A stretch of 64,000 nucleotides of DNA from Lama glama (GCA_028534125.1 CM052851.1:2294001-2358000), one strand, 5' to 3'. Positions 48,338 through 60,560 are shown, numbered from the stretch's first letter. A program made the numbers and translations. Notes: generated by a model not told the origin, from the sequence alone.

Positions 48338-49369
48338 ATCCAACCCCTCCATTACTTTCGTTGCTTTATTCCCAAGTATGCCCTAGATCCTACATGATAG
48401 AGTTCTGGTGTCCTTGTCACCTCGGGTGACGAGGTAAAGGGGGGCCTTACCAAAGTGAGGCTCGGTTTGGGAGTTGCAGAAGGGGCCGAGTGTGCCTCTG
48501 CCCCAAGGGGACAGTAGGAGTGAGTTTGGGTTGGATCCCGGCCCCTGACCCCTGAGCTCATTTCCCTGGATTCTAGCCCCTGCCTTGTTAACTTAAGGTC
48601 CAGCATGGCTGCAGGCTGTGGGATCTGAAGTAGAGAGTTATCCTCAGGGAGCCTGGGGAGGGGCAGGGAGAGGGGCAGGCGTGGCTGGAAAAGCCAGGAG
48701 AAAAGCACATTTGCTGCCTCTTCTGAGCCTTGCATTGTCCTGAGCCCCAGGGAGGGAACATTTAGGAACCGCCATCATCCAGTGATCGAATCCTCTGCTT
48801 TGACCGAAGGCCTGGTTTGTGGTGGGGTCTGGAGGAAAGCACCCCAAACATAGGCCGCTCTTTCTCATCTTGGGAGCTGCCCCCGGAGCCCTCACTCACC
48901 AGGGCAGTTGTTGAAAGGCTGTCAACCGACGGGGTGAGGGGCTCCGAGCGACCACTGTGACCTGGCCACCCCCCCACCCCGCCCACCCAAATGAGGAGCC
49001 TGCCGTGCCTTCAGAGGTGGTCTGGGTTATACTGGGTTTTCTCTACATGTAGAAATGAGCCCAACAAATAATCATCTGAGGGCTAGAAGCTGGCCACGGG
49101 GGCCACCCCAGAAGCTTCCAGAATAGACAGCAGAAGAGAAGGGACTGGTCAGTTGGTGCACACTGGGACAGGGGCTGTGATAGAGGTGACCATCGGGTGC
49201 TGTAGGACACAGAGAGGGTCCCCAGCCCAGTCTGGGGAAGGAGGGGGACGGGGGTATCAGAACACTGGGGCAGGACCTGGGGTGTCTGGTCCTGTCTTCG
49301 CCTGTGCTGCCCCAGGACCTGGCGAGAACGGTCTGCCTCTAACTCCAGCAGCTGCGGGGCTCTCTCCTG

Positions 49370-49600
49370 CTGAGTGTTCCTGCCTGCCTGGCCTGTGCCG
49401 CACTCTTGCTGTAGGTGACCTCATCCAGCTCTTGCCAACTCCAGAAAGAGAGAGGTGCGATCAGTTATTATTCCCACTTTACAGATCAGGAGCCTGAGGC
49501 TCAAAGGAGTGAAGCCACTTGCCCAAGACCACACAGCTAGTGAGTGGGGAGCAGGGATTGCGCCCAGGCAGCCTGGGAGAGCCCAGCCCTGAGTCCGCGA
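49370..49600 (-). mobile_element. MIR SINE
   Basis: ttattcccactttacagatcaggagcctgaggctcaaagg...cttgcccaagaccacacagctagtgagtgg. Confidence 0.88.
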
Positions 49601-49971
49601 CACCGCACACGGCCGGGATGCACTTTCCCCAGCGGGGAGATTCCTCCGGTTAGGAGATGATTTTTCTTATTACCATGGTGCGACAAAGAGGTAGAGTCAG
49701 CAAGTGAAAACCTCTGTATCTGGTCACACTCCTTGATGGTGAGAGCCCTTTATTTTTTTTCTTTGAAAGCAGAATCAAGAAGTACTTTGAAGTGGCTAAA
49801 ATGTTCGTTTCATTGGCTCTGGTGGTTCTGAGGTGGGTCTTCGGGGGACAAGGATGCAGCTAGCACCACTAGAGGGGTTTCCAGTCTTAATGGAGGCGAA
49901 AGGTGAACCCAGTCCAATATTGGGGCAGATCTGAGAGCCTGTCCAGGGCTCAGGGTCAGTGAGCAGGGTTC

Positions 49972-50110
49972 ATTTCTGGTGTACAGCATAGTGATTCAGT
50001 TACATGTCCATGTATAGATTCTTTTTCATGTTCTTTTTCATTATAGGCTATTACGAGGTATTGAATGTAGTTCGCTCTGCTCTACAGTAGGACCTCGTTT
50101 ATCTATTTTT
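49972..50110 (-). mobile_element. Short lineage-specific L1 3' fragment
   Basis: atttctggtgtacagcatagtgattcagttac...cattataggctattac. Confidence 0.8.
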
Positions 50111-50117
50111 TGGGTCA

Positions 50118-50234
50118 ATTTTTTTTTTTGGAGGGGAAAGGTAATTAGGTTTCTTTATTCTTAGGGGAGGTACTGGGGATTGAACTCAAGAAAGCTAAGC
50201 ATACGCTCCACCGCTTGAGCTATACCCTCCCCCC
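50118..50234 (-). mobile_element. Vic-1-like SINE, long-tail variant
   Basis: ggtaattaggttt...ggaggtactggggattgaactc...gagctataccctccccc. Confidence 0.88.
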
Positions 50235-50284
50235 TGTTTCTGGGTCACTCTCGATGGATGGGCCCCGGGGGTGGGCCAGCTGGG

Positions 50285-50400
50285 ATGCGCGTCACTTCCT
50301 GGGAGGAGAGGCCTTCCGGCTGCTGGGAGGCCTGGGCCGCGGGCGCGAAGGGCAGGGCTCCCACTGATTGGCCGCCGGCGGGGAGGGGGCGGGGCAGAGC
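50285..50400. promoter_or_regulatory. Intronic promoter/enhancer-like motif cluster
   Basis: CACTTCCTG 50293-50301, CTTCCGG 50313-50319, CTGATTGGC 50364-50372, GGGGGCGGGGC 50385-50395; local CpG retention. Confidence 0.55.
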
Positions 50401-51921
50401 TTGAAAACTGCCCTGGGAGGTTTGCCAGGGTTCGCTCCTTGACTCTCAGGATTGCGTGAGGCCACCAGCTCCCAGGGTCAAAGCTGCAGATTTCACATGA
50501 TGGGCCTCACGGGGGAGGGGCTGCAGGCCCAGCCCCAGAAATTCTGACTGAGACCCCCTGTCAGGGGTCCTGGGAACACACTTTGAGAAGGATGGTTGCC
50601 CAGAGTCCTGAGCTGCTGCTTCAACTAAAAGGCCTGATTCGGGAGACTCACTGGAGGCGCCCAGCAGGTGGACAATTATTGCACATCTCCAATGGCCCTG
50701 CCTCGCTGGGGCAGTTTTCTCCACCCCCCAATTTTGTTTTCTTTGCCTGTCAACTCCCTAGGCATTTGAAAAACCCGTCCTCTCACACGGCTCCTGCAAC
50801 GTTTTCGTATGAAAAACCGAAATACCAAGCAAAGCCCAGAGGACTGCACCCGCGCTGCCTCACACCCACCCCAGGGCTCTCCAGCCGCCGTCCCCCTGGA
50901 CGCCCCGGGCATTCTCACATCAGCCTTTAAAATCCTGCTTCATAGCTTTAAGTATTTGCTAAGGATGTAGAGCCTGGTCTGCGAGGCAAATATTGACTTT
51001 TGGGAAGTAACTGTTCCCTAACTTTAACCGTATCCATTGCAGCGAAGGGTGACTTGACACCCACCTTTCCTTGACAAATGCTTGGAGGTCCCCCTTCCTC
51101 CCTTGGGTTGGTGCCACCACCTCCCCGAGGACTTTCATCCCAATGTCATAGACTTTTATGCTCGTGAGTCTTTTACTAATTGATCGAGCATATTTCTTTG
51201 CAGGGAAACTGTACATAAATTAACTTTAAATTTTCCTGTGACCTAAAGTCGCTAAGTATTAAAAAAAAAAATAGTCGCTTCTGGATTGAGAAAGCCCTGA
51301 GATCAAACTCTATAAATATGTTACGGATTTTTAGAAATGGAAATAGGAAAGTGTTATTGGAAATACAGCTCTTAGAGATCAGATGGTGGGTGTGTTTGGT
51401 GTGGTTTAATGAAAACCTTAGTTGAAGTTCCCCCTTTGTTTGGTATTAGGGAGTTCCCTCCCCACCACAACATTCAGAGGGGGCTGGAAGGCCTTTTGGA
51501 TGTAAAGGGTGGGAGGGGCTGCTGGGAAGAGGGGGACCCCAGGCCTTTCTGGGTCCACACACCCCAGTTTGAAGCCCCCTGCAGGGGAGGAGAGAGAAGT
51601 GGGTAAGATTCGGCCCCGCCCTCAAGGTTCTGGCAGGTGATTCCCACCTGGAGACAATGGTGACACCTCGGTGACAGTAGTGACATATAACGGACCCACG
51701 GTGTGGCTTGAACCTGAGGAAAGGCAGGATGGAGCGGCGGGGACTCCTCACACATCTTGAGCAGAACCGAAGGCCAGCCTCGAGGAGGGAAAGTTCAGCC
51801 TGGGGCCCCTGCGTGAGGGGTGGAGGGGGGACTTCTTCCTGCTTGATTACACCCTGGAAAGCACAGGGCACAGCGCCTCCTGCCCGGGATTTTTCCTGCC
51901 TCCCATCTTCCTCCTTCCTGG

Positions 51922-52016
51922 TTTTTTTTTTTTTTCTTACTGGAGGTACTGGGGATTGAACCCAGGACCTCCAACATGCTAAGCATGCGCTCTACCACTG
52001 AGCTCTACCCTCCCCC
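51922..52016 (-). mobile_element. Vic-1-like SINE, short variant
   Basis: Poly-T followed by ggaggtactggggattgaacccaggacc...ctctaccactgagctctaccctccccc. Confidence 0.92.
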
Positions 52017-53258
52017 TTTTCTGATTTCCATGCTTTGTTCCATGCTCCCATTATCCTGAGGAGAGGTGGGGGCCTGGCAAACCGCAGGCAATTGCTGTGC
52101 TGCATGCAGGTCCCCTGTCACCAAGGAAAGGACCGGTCTTGCTTCTCTCTGTATCCCAGGGTTCTGGAAGGGCACTGGTTTGGAGCAGGCCCTGCCCCAG
52201 TGGCTGGAAGACATCGTTGGTCCCAGACTTCCCCTCCCACGTGTGCCTTCAGCTCCCGGGAGTCGCAAAACCAGTCGGGCCACCAGCCTGTTCTTTCTTG
52301 GCCTCGCCCTGAGGGTTCAGACCTGGCTAGCCGGGGGAGGCGGGGAGGGGGGCTGCCTCCAGGCCGGGCAGCTCCGGGGTGTCAGTTCCCGGCAGGTGGC
52401 ACGTGAACTTGCTGCCACCAGGATGACTGCCGGAATGTTTGCGGAGCTGGCGGGGTGGGGCAAACAAAAGGCCACAGTTCAAGGATGTTTTTGTTGCACG
52501 TGGAGCCCAGGTAGAGTCCGGATGGCATTCCCAGACGGTGGTGGCCAGCCTGGCGTGCGGGGTTACCGGCGCCCCACACGCAGGGCAGGGGGCGCTGCGT
52601 TCTGGGTTCCTGAGAGTTCCAGGCCTTCTCTGATTTTCTGCAGCAAAATGGTCCCAAAGTGTGTGAAATCAGGCCCTCTGGTTTCTGTGTGTTTTGATTC
52701 TTTGGGCTCCTTTCTGGGGCTGTCCCAGGCCGGTGAGTGGCCGGCAGGGCCTTCTGTGCTCAGTCTGGCAGGATTCCTTCCCGACGCTTCTCTGTCTCTT
52801 GATCAAACCTCTGATGAAGTTCTTTGGGTTGTTGAGGAGGGACACCCGCTCAGTCAGGTGAAGGGGGAGTGTGATGGGGACACAGGACTGTTACTGTCAC
52901 CGTGGGGCCATACAGGCTCCCAGAGTTGTCTCTCCCTCTGCTTCTTCCTCGGTGGACCATCTCGATGACTTTACATCATGAAAATCAGGGTAACAGTGAG
53001 TGTGGGGCCCGGCAGGGTTCCACGGCCGACTCACTCCATCCTCAGCCCTGAGATGTGGGTGCTGGTACCCTCACACCCATTCTCCGGATGAGTAAACTGA
53101 GGTAGACAGGGTTTCCCTACCACCCGGACCCTCTGCCAGCCAGCTGCCCACTCCATGGCGCAGAATTAGGCGCCCGCCCGTCCCCCTCCCCCGTGTCATT
53201 CAGGGTGATGCCCGAGTTTACCTTTCTGCTCCTTCCAGGGAGACTGGGCCCGGTAGCA

Positions 53259-53776
53259 CAGGGCTTCTGAAACTTATGGTCCCAGGATGCCCCTACCCTC
53301 TTTGTAGAGTTTTAAGGACCCCAGGGAGCAGTTTGTTTATGTGCATTGTATCTGCTGATATTTATCCTGTTAGAAATTCAAAAAGAATTTTGAAATATTT
53401 AATTAGTAATGCATTTAAAGATGACAGTGGTAAACCCACATGTGTTCATGTAAATAACATTTTTATGAAAAACAGCTATTTTCCAAAAACAAGACGAAAC
53501 TGTGGCACTGGTTTACATTTTTGCCAGATCTCTCTACTGTCTGGTTTCGTAGAAGACGGCTGGATTCTCTTATCTGCTGCTGCATTTAGTCTGTTGCAGT
53601 AACACACGTTGTGTAGCTTCTGGAAAACCCTGCAGCACACTTGGGAGAGGGTGAGAGTGAAAAAACAACTAACATCTTGGAGTTCTCAAGAAAGTGGTTT
53701 GACTTCATCGACCAGCCCCCCCAAGGGCTTTGGGGAACCCCCCAGGGTTCCCTGGACCACACATTGGGAACCACTG
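53259..53776 (-). mobile_element. Charlie4a-like hAT DNA transposon, near full length
   Basis: Terminal inverted repeats cagggcttctgaaa / ttgggaaccactg; internal aataacatttttatgaaaaac and gctggattctcttatctgctgctgcatt. Confidence 0.85.
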
Positions 53777-56667
53777 GAGGAAGCATGGGACCTGAGACAT
53801 GGAAGTGTTTGACAGCTGGCTCTGCCCGGTAGCCAGGTGGATGTTTCCACGTGTCCCCTTCCTCGTCATTCAGGATGCGTCCGTGAAGTTTGGTTAGGGG
53901 CTTCAGGAGGCCATCGCGTGGTCCCCACCCCCGGAAGAGACCGGCTGGTGGCAGAGTCCGGGTGGTGGGATGTGGGCTCAGGGAAGGCAGGAGCTGGCTC
54001 CCTCCACAGCTGGGATTTGATGGGGGCGGGCACTTGATGACTAAGGGTGTAACTTGTGTGAGTGATGTCACCAAAGCTGAGTTGTGTGGTGGTGGCCGTC
54101 AGGCGGCCAGGCAGCTCCCTGGGCAGTGTTGTGTGGCAGGAAAGCTGCTTTTTGATACCAGTGAGGGTGTCCACGTGCAGAGGGACTGGTGGACAGAGGC
54201 TGGATGGGGGGTTGGGGGCCGCCAGCGGGGAGGAGGCGGAGTCTGCCTAAGAGGGAGAGGACTTTCGGAGCACCCGCAGCGGTAATGGAGAGACGGGGAC
54301 GTGGACGGCCTGCCCCTCTGGTCCTCAGCCCTGCGGCCCCCGTGTGTGACCTCCCAGGCCACGGACCAGGATGCATCCCGCCAGTGAGTCAGTCCTTTGC
54401 CGGTCTTGACCCTTGGCTGGGCCTGAGGGTTGTTTTGAGGGTGAAGATTGTCCCTAGAGGAAGGGCTTGGAGCCCGGGGGGCGGGGAGTCCCAGCCTGGT
54501 CCTTGTCACGTGCTGTGCAGCCTGTGCCGGCTGGGCCCTCCTTTCCCTGGGCTCCCTGGCGACCTCGGTAGAGGAGTTGCTGGCGGGCTCAGCCGCGGGT
54601 CCCCAGGGTTCCAGAGTGACTGAGGGGAATCCTGGAAGCAGAAGTTGGCCGCCCTCTTGTCCAAACGCTCAGGTTTTCCAGGGAGACCCAAGCTGGGGGT
54701 CCCTGAGGAGGGGTGTGAGTCTGGGCTGTGACCAGGCTCTGCTCGGCCCAGCAGGGGGCGGGGCAGCAAAGGCAGCCTTTTAAAACGTGGCTCCACACTT
54801 GGTGGTCAGAGACCCCGCTGTGTGCTGCCCCTGCCTCCACCCCCCATCCCGCCCCCTGCCCCCAGCTCGCGTAAATGTTTGTTGAGTGAACAAGTCTCTG
54901 AAGCGGGAGAGCGTCACCAGGTGCGTAACTGAGCACCTGCCTTGGTATAGACTTTGTCCTTGAGTCGCCACCAGCCCCTCTGCCAGAAGCAGGGCTGGGG
55001 CCGGCTGTGCCCTGCTTGGGGGCATGGCGTCCGAGGAGGCAGAATGGGGTGTTTTTTGGGGGTTTGTGGGCTCTGGGGTTAGGTGTGCTTTAAGTTCCGG
55101 TTCTGGTTTTGGTTAGTTCCAGTCAAGACCCTGTGAAGCTCTGTTCCTGAGTGGTCCTCAGCCAAGCCGGGATTTCAGGGGCGTTCGTAAGAACTTCCCA
55201 AAGTTCGGTAACTTCTCATCTCAACTCTAAATAAGAGGGTAGACGTTTTTCAGTAGAACGCATGATGATGTCAAGGGGTAACTTGGGAGTTCAGGGTGGA
55301 GCTCAGCTCTGTCTTGACTGATGGTGCTTTTTTGGCTCATTCTCGCCGACCTGGGAGTGGAGGCTGAGGAAGGGCATACGGTTGATTATTAGTATTTTGG
55401 GGCGTTGATTCTACCTGAGTAACATGAATGTGAGAGGCATCCAAACGGGGGAGCAAGTGGTGACATGCCCCGGGTCCCTCCTGCCTGGCTCTGGGGAGAA
55501 TCAGGGATCCCCAGGTCTCAGGTGAAGGGACGGCTTTCTCAGAGGGCAAAGATGTGCTGTTAACCCTCCAGCAGGCCTCCTTCCTGCTGCCTCTGTGGAA
55601 GGAGCCCCAGACGGGTAGGAGAGGAGGGATGGGGGAGGCCACCCTCAGTTCTTTCTCTTATATTCGAGTTTCATGTGTTCACGGGTGGTTTACACCCTTG
55701 TCGCCCGCCTCCCTCCGCTGGAAGAAAGTCCAGGAGGGCAGGCCCCTTGTCCATCCTATTCATCAGTGTGCCCCAGGACCAACGCACCAAGGTTGAGTAC
55801 CACTGTGCCGGGCACTGCTCTCGACTCTTTAAAAAAAAAACATACAACAGTTTTACCAAGATAGAATTTATACACTGTACAAATAACACCCATTTAAAGT
55901 ATATAAAGTACTTAGTTCAGTGTTTTTAGAATATGTTCAGAGAGTTGTGCAATCATCATCTTAGAACATTTTCATCACTTCTGAAAATCTCACACCCATT
56001 AGCAGCCATTCCTTTTTTATGGCTGAATAATATTCCACTGTATGGCCACATCCCATTTGACTCATTGGCACATCAGCTGATGGACATATTGGTTGTTTCC
56101 ACTCTTTGGCTACTGTGAATCACACTGCTATGAACGTTCAGGTACAGGTTTTCATGTGGACCTGTGTTCAGGTCTCTAAGGTTCTTACCCAGGAATGGAA
56201 TTGCTGGGTCACGTGATATGCAACATGGAACCTCTGGAAGAGCCATCGGACTGTCTTCCAAAGTGGCTGGACCCTCAGCGTTCCAGCCAGCAGTGTCTGA
56301 GGGTTCTGATTTCCACACCTCCTCCCTGACAGTGGCTGTTACCCATCTTTGATGAGCGTCATCCTGGTGGGCGTGAAGTGGGATCTTACTCCTTTGGAGT
56401 TGGTGTTTCTCTGCTGGTCAGTGACGTGGGCACCTTTCCGTGGGCTTGTTGATTCTTTGTATGTCTCGCTTGGGGAAATGCCTGTTCAGAGCCTTTGCTC
56501 ATTTTTCAGCTGGGCTTTGGTTCTTTTATTTCTAAGTTATCAGAGTTCTTTGTATTTTCCAGACACAAAGCCCTTATCATCACAATTGATAATTTCTCCC
56601 ATTCTGCAGGTTGTCTGTTTCCCTTTGCTGATTGTGTCCTTTTAAAGTGTGAACATTTTACATTTTT

Positions 56668-56787
56668 AGGGAGGAGGTTATATGGCTCAGTGGTAGAGCG
56701 TGTGCTTAGCATGCACGAGGTTCTGGCTTCAATCCCCAGTGCCTTCACTAAATAAATAAGCAAACCTAATACCCCCCCAAAAGGAAA
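56668..56787 (+). mobile_element. Vic-1-like SINE with TSD
   Basis: gctcagtggtagagcgtgtgcttagcatgcacgagg; TSD attttacattttt at 56655-56667 and 56788-56800. Confidence 0.93.
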
Positions 56788-57546
56788 ATTTTACATTTTT
56801 GATGAAACTATTTACTTGTTTTTTCTTTTGTTGCTTGTGCTCCTGGTGTCACACCTGAGAAGGATTTGTCTAACCTGAGGTCATGACAATAGGCGCCTGC
56901 CTTTTCTTCTACGAGTTTTATACTGTTAGCTCTTACGTTTAGGTCTGTGGTCCATTTTGAATTAATTTTTGTGTGTGGTGTGGGGAAGGGGTACAACTTC
57001 ATTCTTTTGAAGGTGGATGTCCAGGTGTCCCAGCACCATTTCAATGGCATTATCTTGGCGCCCTTGTTGAAAATCAGTTGACCAAAGAAACTGGCTTCCC
57101 TTTTGGACTTGCAGGCCCGTTGCTTTGCTTTCTGCATCCGGCCCTGTGCCAGAACGGCGCCGTGTTGCATACTGATGTTGTAGCAAGTTTTGAAATCAGG
57201 AGGGTGGGCCTCCCACCTGGTCCTTGTGTCCCCGATGCTCTTTTAGCTGTTCCGGGTCCCTTGAATTTCAGCACCAGCTTATCCACTCTGCAAAGAACCC
57301 GGCTGGGGTTTGATAGGGACTGTTTTGAATCTGTAGCTCATTTTGGAAAGTACTGTCTTAGCAGTGTGAGGTCTGAGGCGTGAACAACAGGATGTTTTTG
57401 CACTTAGTTGGGCCTTTTTATTTTTTGAAAAGTGTTTTCTAGTTTTCAGCTTATAAATTTTTCCACTTCTTTGGCTTGATTTATGCCTAAAGATTAAATT
57501 CTTTTTGATATTGTTGTGAAATTATGTTCTTAATTTCCTGTCCTTT

Positions 57547-57632
57547 TTTTTTAACGAAGGCACTGGGGAGTGAACCCAGGACCTCACGCATGCTAAGCAT
57601 GCACTCTGCCCCTGAGCTGTACACCCACCCCC
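57547..57632 (-). mobile_element. Vic-1-like SINE
   Basis: gaacccaggacctcacgcatgctaagcatgc; flanked by tgtccttt at 57539-57546 and 57637-57644. Confidence 0.88.
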
Positions 57633-58514
57633 TTAGTGTCCTTTGCAGGTTGTTCATCGCTGTTGTGTGGAGAGCGCAGTTCTTTTCTGTAGATTCACCT
57701 CAGACCCTGTAATCTTGCTGAACCTGTTCATTACGCCCAGCACTTTTTTAGCGGATGCTTGGGGACTTGTGCGCCCGAGGTCCGTCTTCTGCCGAAAGGA
57801 GCCACTTTACTTCTCCTTTCCTGTCTGGATGCATTTATCTCATTGTCTCGCCCAGTTGCCCGGGCGGGAACCTCGGTGCCGTGCTGAACAGACGTGGGAG
57901 AAGGAGCACCTGTGCCTGGTTCCTGATCCTGGGGGCAGGACCCAGCCCTTCCCCATGAGCCATGCTTTCTCGGGGTGCCCTCTGTGAAGTCGAGGAAGTT
58001 CACGCGTGTTCTTTGTTTTTGAGCGTTTTTGTCTTGAAGGGCTGCGGGGGTTTGTCAGGTGTTCTTCCTGCATCTCTTGCGATGATCAGCTGCCTCTTGT
58101 CCTTTACTCTGTTAGTATGGTGCATTACATTGATTGATTTTTCCGCGTCAGCCCGATTTCGCATTCCGGGGTAAGTCCCACTCAGTCACGCCGTGTGGTC
58201 GTTTTTACGTGCTGCTGGATCCGGTTCGCTGGTCCTTTGCTGAGCCTTCTGCGTGTGTGTGCACGAGTACCGCTGGCCTGTAGTCCCCTTGAGCTGGTGT
58301 CACGGTAGCACTGGCCTCGTAAGGTTGTGGGGAGTGTCGTCTTCCACCGTTGGGCAAAGTGTGTGATGAAGTGTGTGCGGGCGTCGACTCTTCTTGAAAC
58401 GTTTGGTGGGATTCTGCAGGTGCCGTCGGGGCCTGGGCTTCTCTTCACGTGAGGCTTTGAGTTTAACCCACTCTCTTCTTGTTCTAGATAGAATCAGATC
58501 TTCCGTTTCTTCTT

Positions 58515-58760
58515 CTTTTTTAAAATTTATTTTTACATTTTTAAAAACCCCTTCTCTGTGGTCTGGTTCCTGCACCATCAGCTACACATATTTCAGATGT
58601 GCTGTTTGGTGAATTTCGATGCATGTGTACACCAGGAAAACCACCAGCACAATCAAGACAGCTAACATCTCCATCACTCCCCGCCCCCAGCCTCCCCACC
58701 TGTGCCCCCCAACCCCCCGGCTCATTCTCGGACGGAGCCCCCTTCCTGCAGACGTGCTTC
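58515..58760 (-). mobile_element. Old L1 3' end fragment
   Basis: accaccagcacaatcaagacagctaacatctccatcactcc. Confidence 0.65.
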
Positions 58761-59141
58761 CTGACTTAAGCAACCCAGACTCCTCACTGGAGGAACAGGG
58801 AGAGAGGCTAGAACCTCCATCATCTCGGCCTTCTGCCCCAGGGCGGGGGACTCTGCCCCACCTCTGAGAGAGACCAGGATTGGAGGGGAGCCCAGAGTTA
58901 ATTTAGGATTGATCAGGGTTCCAGAATGTTGGTGCTGGGGGCCCAGGTTCAGCCTTTTTGAGAACCTCGGGCGGGAGCAGGGACCTGGCCAGGTGCCAGG
59001 GGGTGTCTTGCTGGGTCCCAGGCCCCTAGGACCAGGCGGCTCCCCCCAGAGCCCGAGGCCAGTGTAGATTAGTGCGGACTCTCACCGAGCCCAGGCCCAG
59101 TGAAGTAGCTTCCAGGGTTTACTCTTGGGGTGGGGTGGGGG

Positions 59142-59225
59142 TGGGGGGGGGATAGCTCAGTGCTAGAGCACGTGTTTAGCATACACAGAGTCCCGGGTGC
59201 AATCCCCAGTACCTCCATTAAAAAG
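59142..59225 (+). mobile_element. Vic-1-like SINE preceded by an expanded G tract
   Basis: gatagctcagtgctagagc...gggtgcaatccccagtacctccattaaaaa. Confidence 0.88.
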
Positions 59226-59789
59226 TAGTTTAGAACTGGGTTACTGGGACTGTCTTGGAATATTGTTATTTATTGTTTACCATGCACTTCTGCCCCTGGA
59301 CGTACAGACAGACAGTTTTCTGGCCCCCGCTGGGGTGTCCACACAGTCCTGAGACTGTTGGGGTGTGCGGTCCCCTGAATCACCTGGCAGGTTCCCCAGC
59401 GAAGTGTAGTCTGTGCTTGGCTGTGGGTCAGTGGCCGGCAGTGGGGTGAGTCTTCTCCCAGAAGACAGGAAATAGCCCCGAGGTGGCAGGCCAGCCGGCG
59501 CCGCGATACTCCACGTTTTGAGGCAGAAGTGACTTCTTTCCCAGCTTACTTCCTTAATTACATCATGATAAACACTCTGGCTAAATGCTTTCCATTAGCC
59601 GTGCCATCACATCAAGTAAAATGAGATAGAATAAGAGAAACCTTTAAGAAACAGTTGCTCTATCTCTGTAGGTCGCTTGACGGATTGTTACCATGATTCG
59701 CATTTTATCTCCGGACTTTGTCAGGGTCCGAAGCTTTCGCTGCCGGCCTCTGCCGGGCACCTTCACGCCTGTGGCCGTGCGGCATCTTC

Positions 59790-59915
59790 AGCACCCCTCT
59801 TGGTGGAGGAAGTATTTTTATGTCCATTTTACAAAAGGGGAAACTGAGGCCCGGAGAGGTGCCTTGACTGGCATTTTGAGCTTAGCCCGAGGGGTGGGAG
59901 CATGTTGTCTGGCTT
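59790..59915 (-). mobile_element. MIR fragment
   Basis: tccattttacaaaaggggaaactgaggcccggagagg. Confidence 0.75.
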
Positions 59916-60339
59916 CTCTCCCTGAGCGTCTGTCTGTCCCTCCTGGTGTGCCCAGTGGCCTCTGACCATCTGCTGTGAAATTTGTGCCTGTAACTCTGTT
60001 TGGATAGCCCTCTCCCCCGACCTCTGGATGGGTGTGAAGGGTCAAGGCTGGTTCAGCTTCTCCCACACGACTGACTCAAGCACGCCTGGAAGCTGCCTGT
60101 GCATTTTCATCCCGGCCGGGATGTGTGTGCAGTGTTCCAGGCTGCCGTTCTCCAGGGCCGTGGTCGGGGGTGTTCTGTGTGGAGGATTTTGGCCATGTGG
60201 AGAGTGGAGCCCTGGCCAGGATGTGGTGAGACCAAGATTGACTTGTGTCTCTGCGCTTGCCCCAGAATCTTTGTAGCTTTGAGGAATGTTTGGATGCCCC
60301 AGGTGCATGCCTGCGTGTCCTCCACGTGGGTGGTGCGTG

Positions 60340-60560
60340 TGCTCTGCCACGTGACTGCTGCGTGACTTTGGATGAGCCGGTTGACCTCTCGACCTCAGTT
60401 TGCTAATCCTTTAAATGGGGTCATAACACGTTGCAGGTGGCCTTGAGCATTAAGTGAGATAATTACATAAAGTCAAGACTGTGTCGGCATGCGTGGACTG
60501 TCTGCTCTCTGTCGTTCTTGGCAATACCCGTGTGTGCTAATCCGTTCAGATAGGACCTGG
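60340..60560 (+). mobile_element. MIR SINE
   Basis: ctctgccacgtgactgctgcgtgactttgg...cctcagtttgctaatcctttaaatgggg...gcattaagtgagataat. Confidence 0.8.

Larger units (their letters stand above)
55845..58500 (-). mobile_element. Degenerate L1 (L1MB-like) ORF2 and 3' region
   Basis: Minus-strand translations GQLIFNKGAK...PHTKINSKWTTDLNV and KRSPGPDG are L1 ORF2-like; two SINEs inserted. Confidence 0.9.

Noticed and set aside
51922-52016. tRNA-Ala(AGC)-like gene (also 56668-56787)
   Set aside because: A tails, flanking direct repeats, stem or B-box mismatches and 12 dispersed copies indicate SINEs, not tRNA genes
52066-52968. 300-aa ORF
   Set aside because: Begins at GTG; no recognisable domain or exon signals; long ORFs in overlapping frames suggest chance in GC-rich DNA
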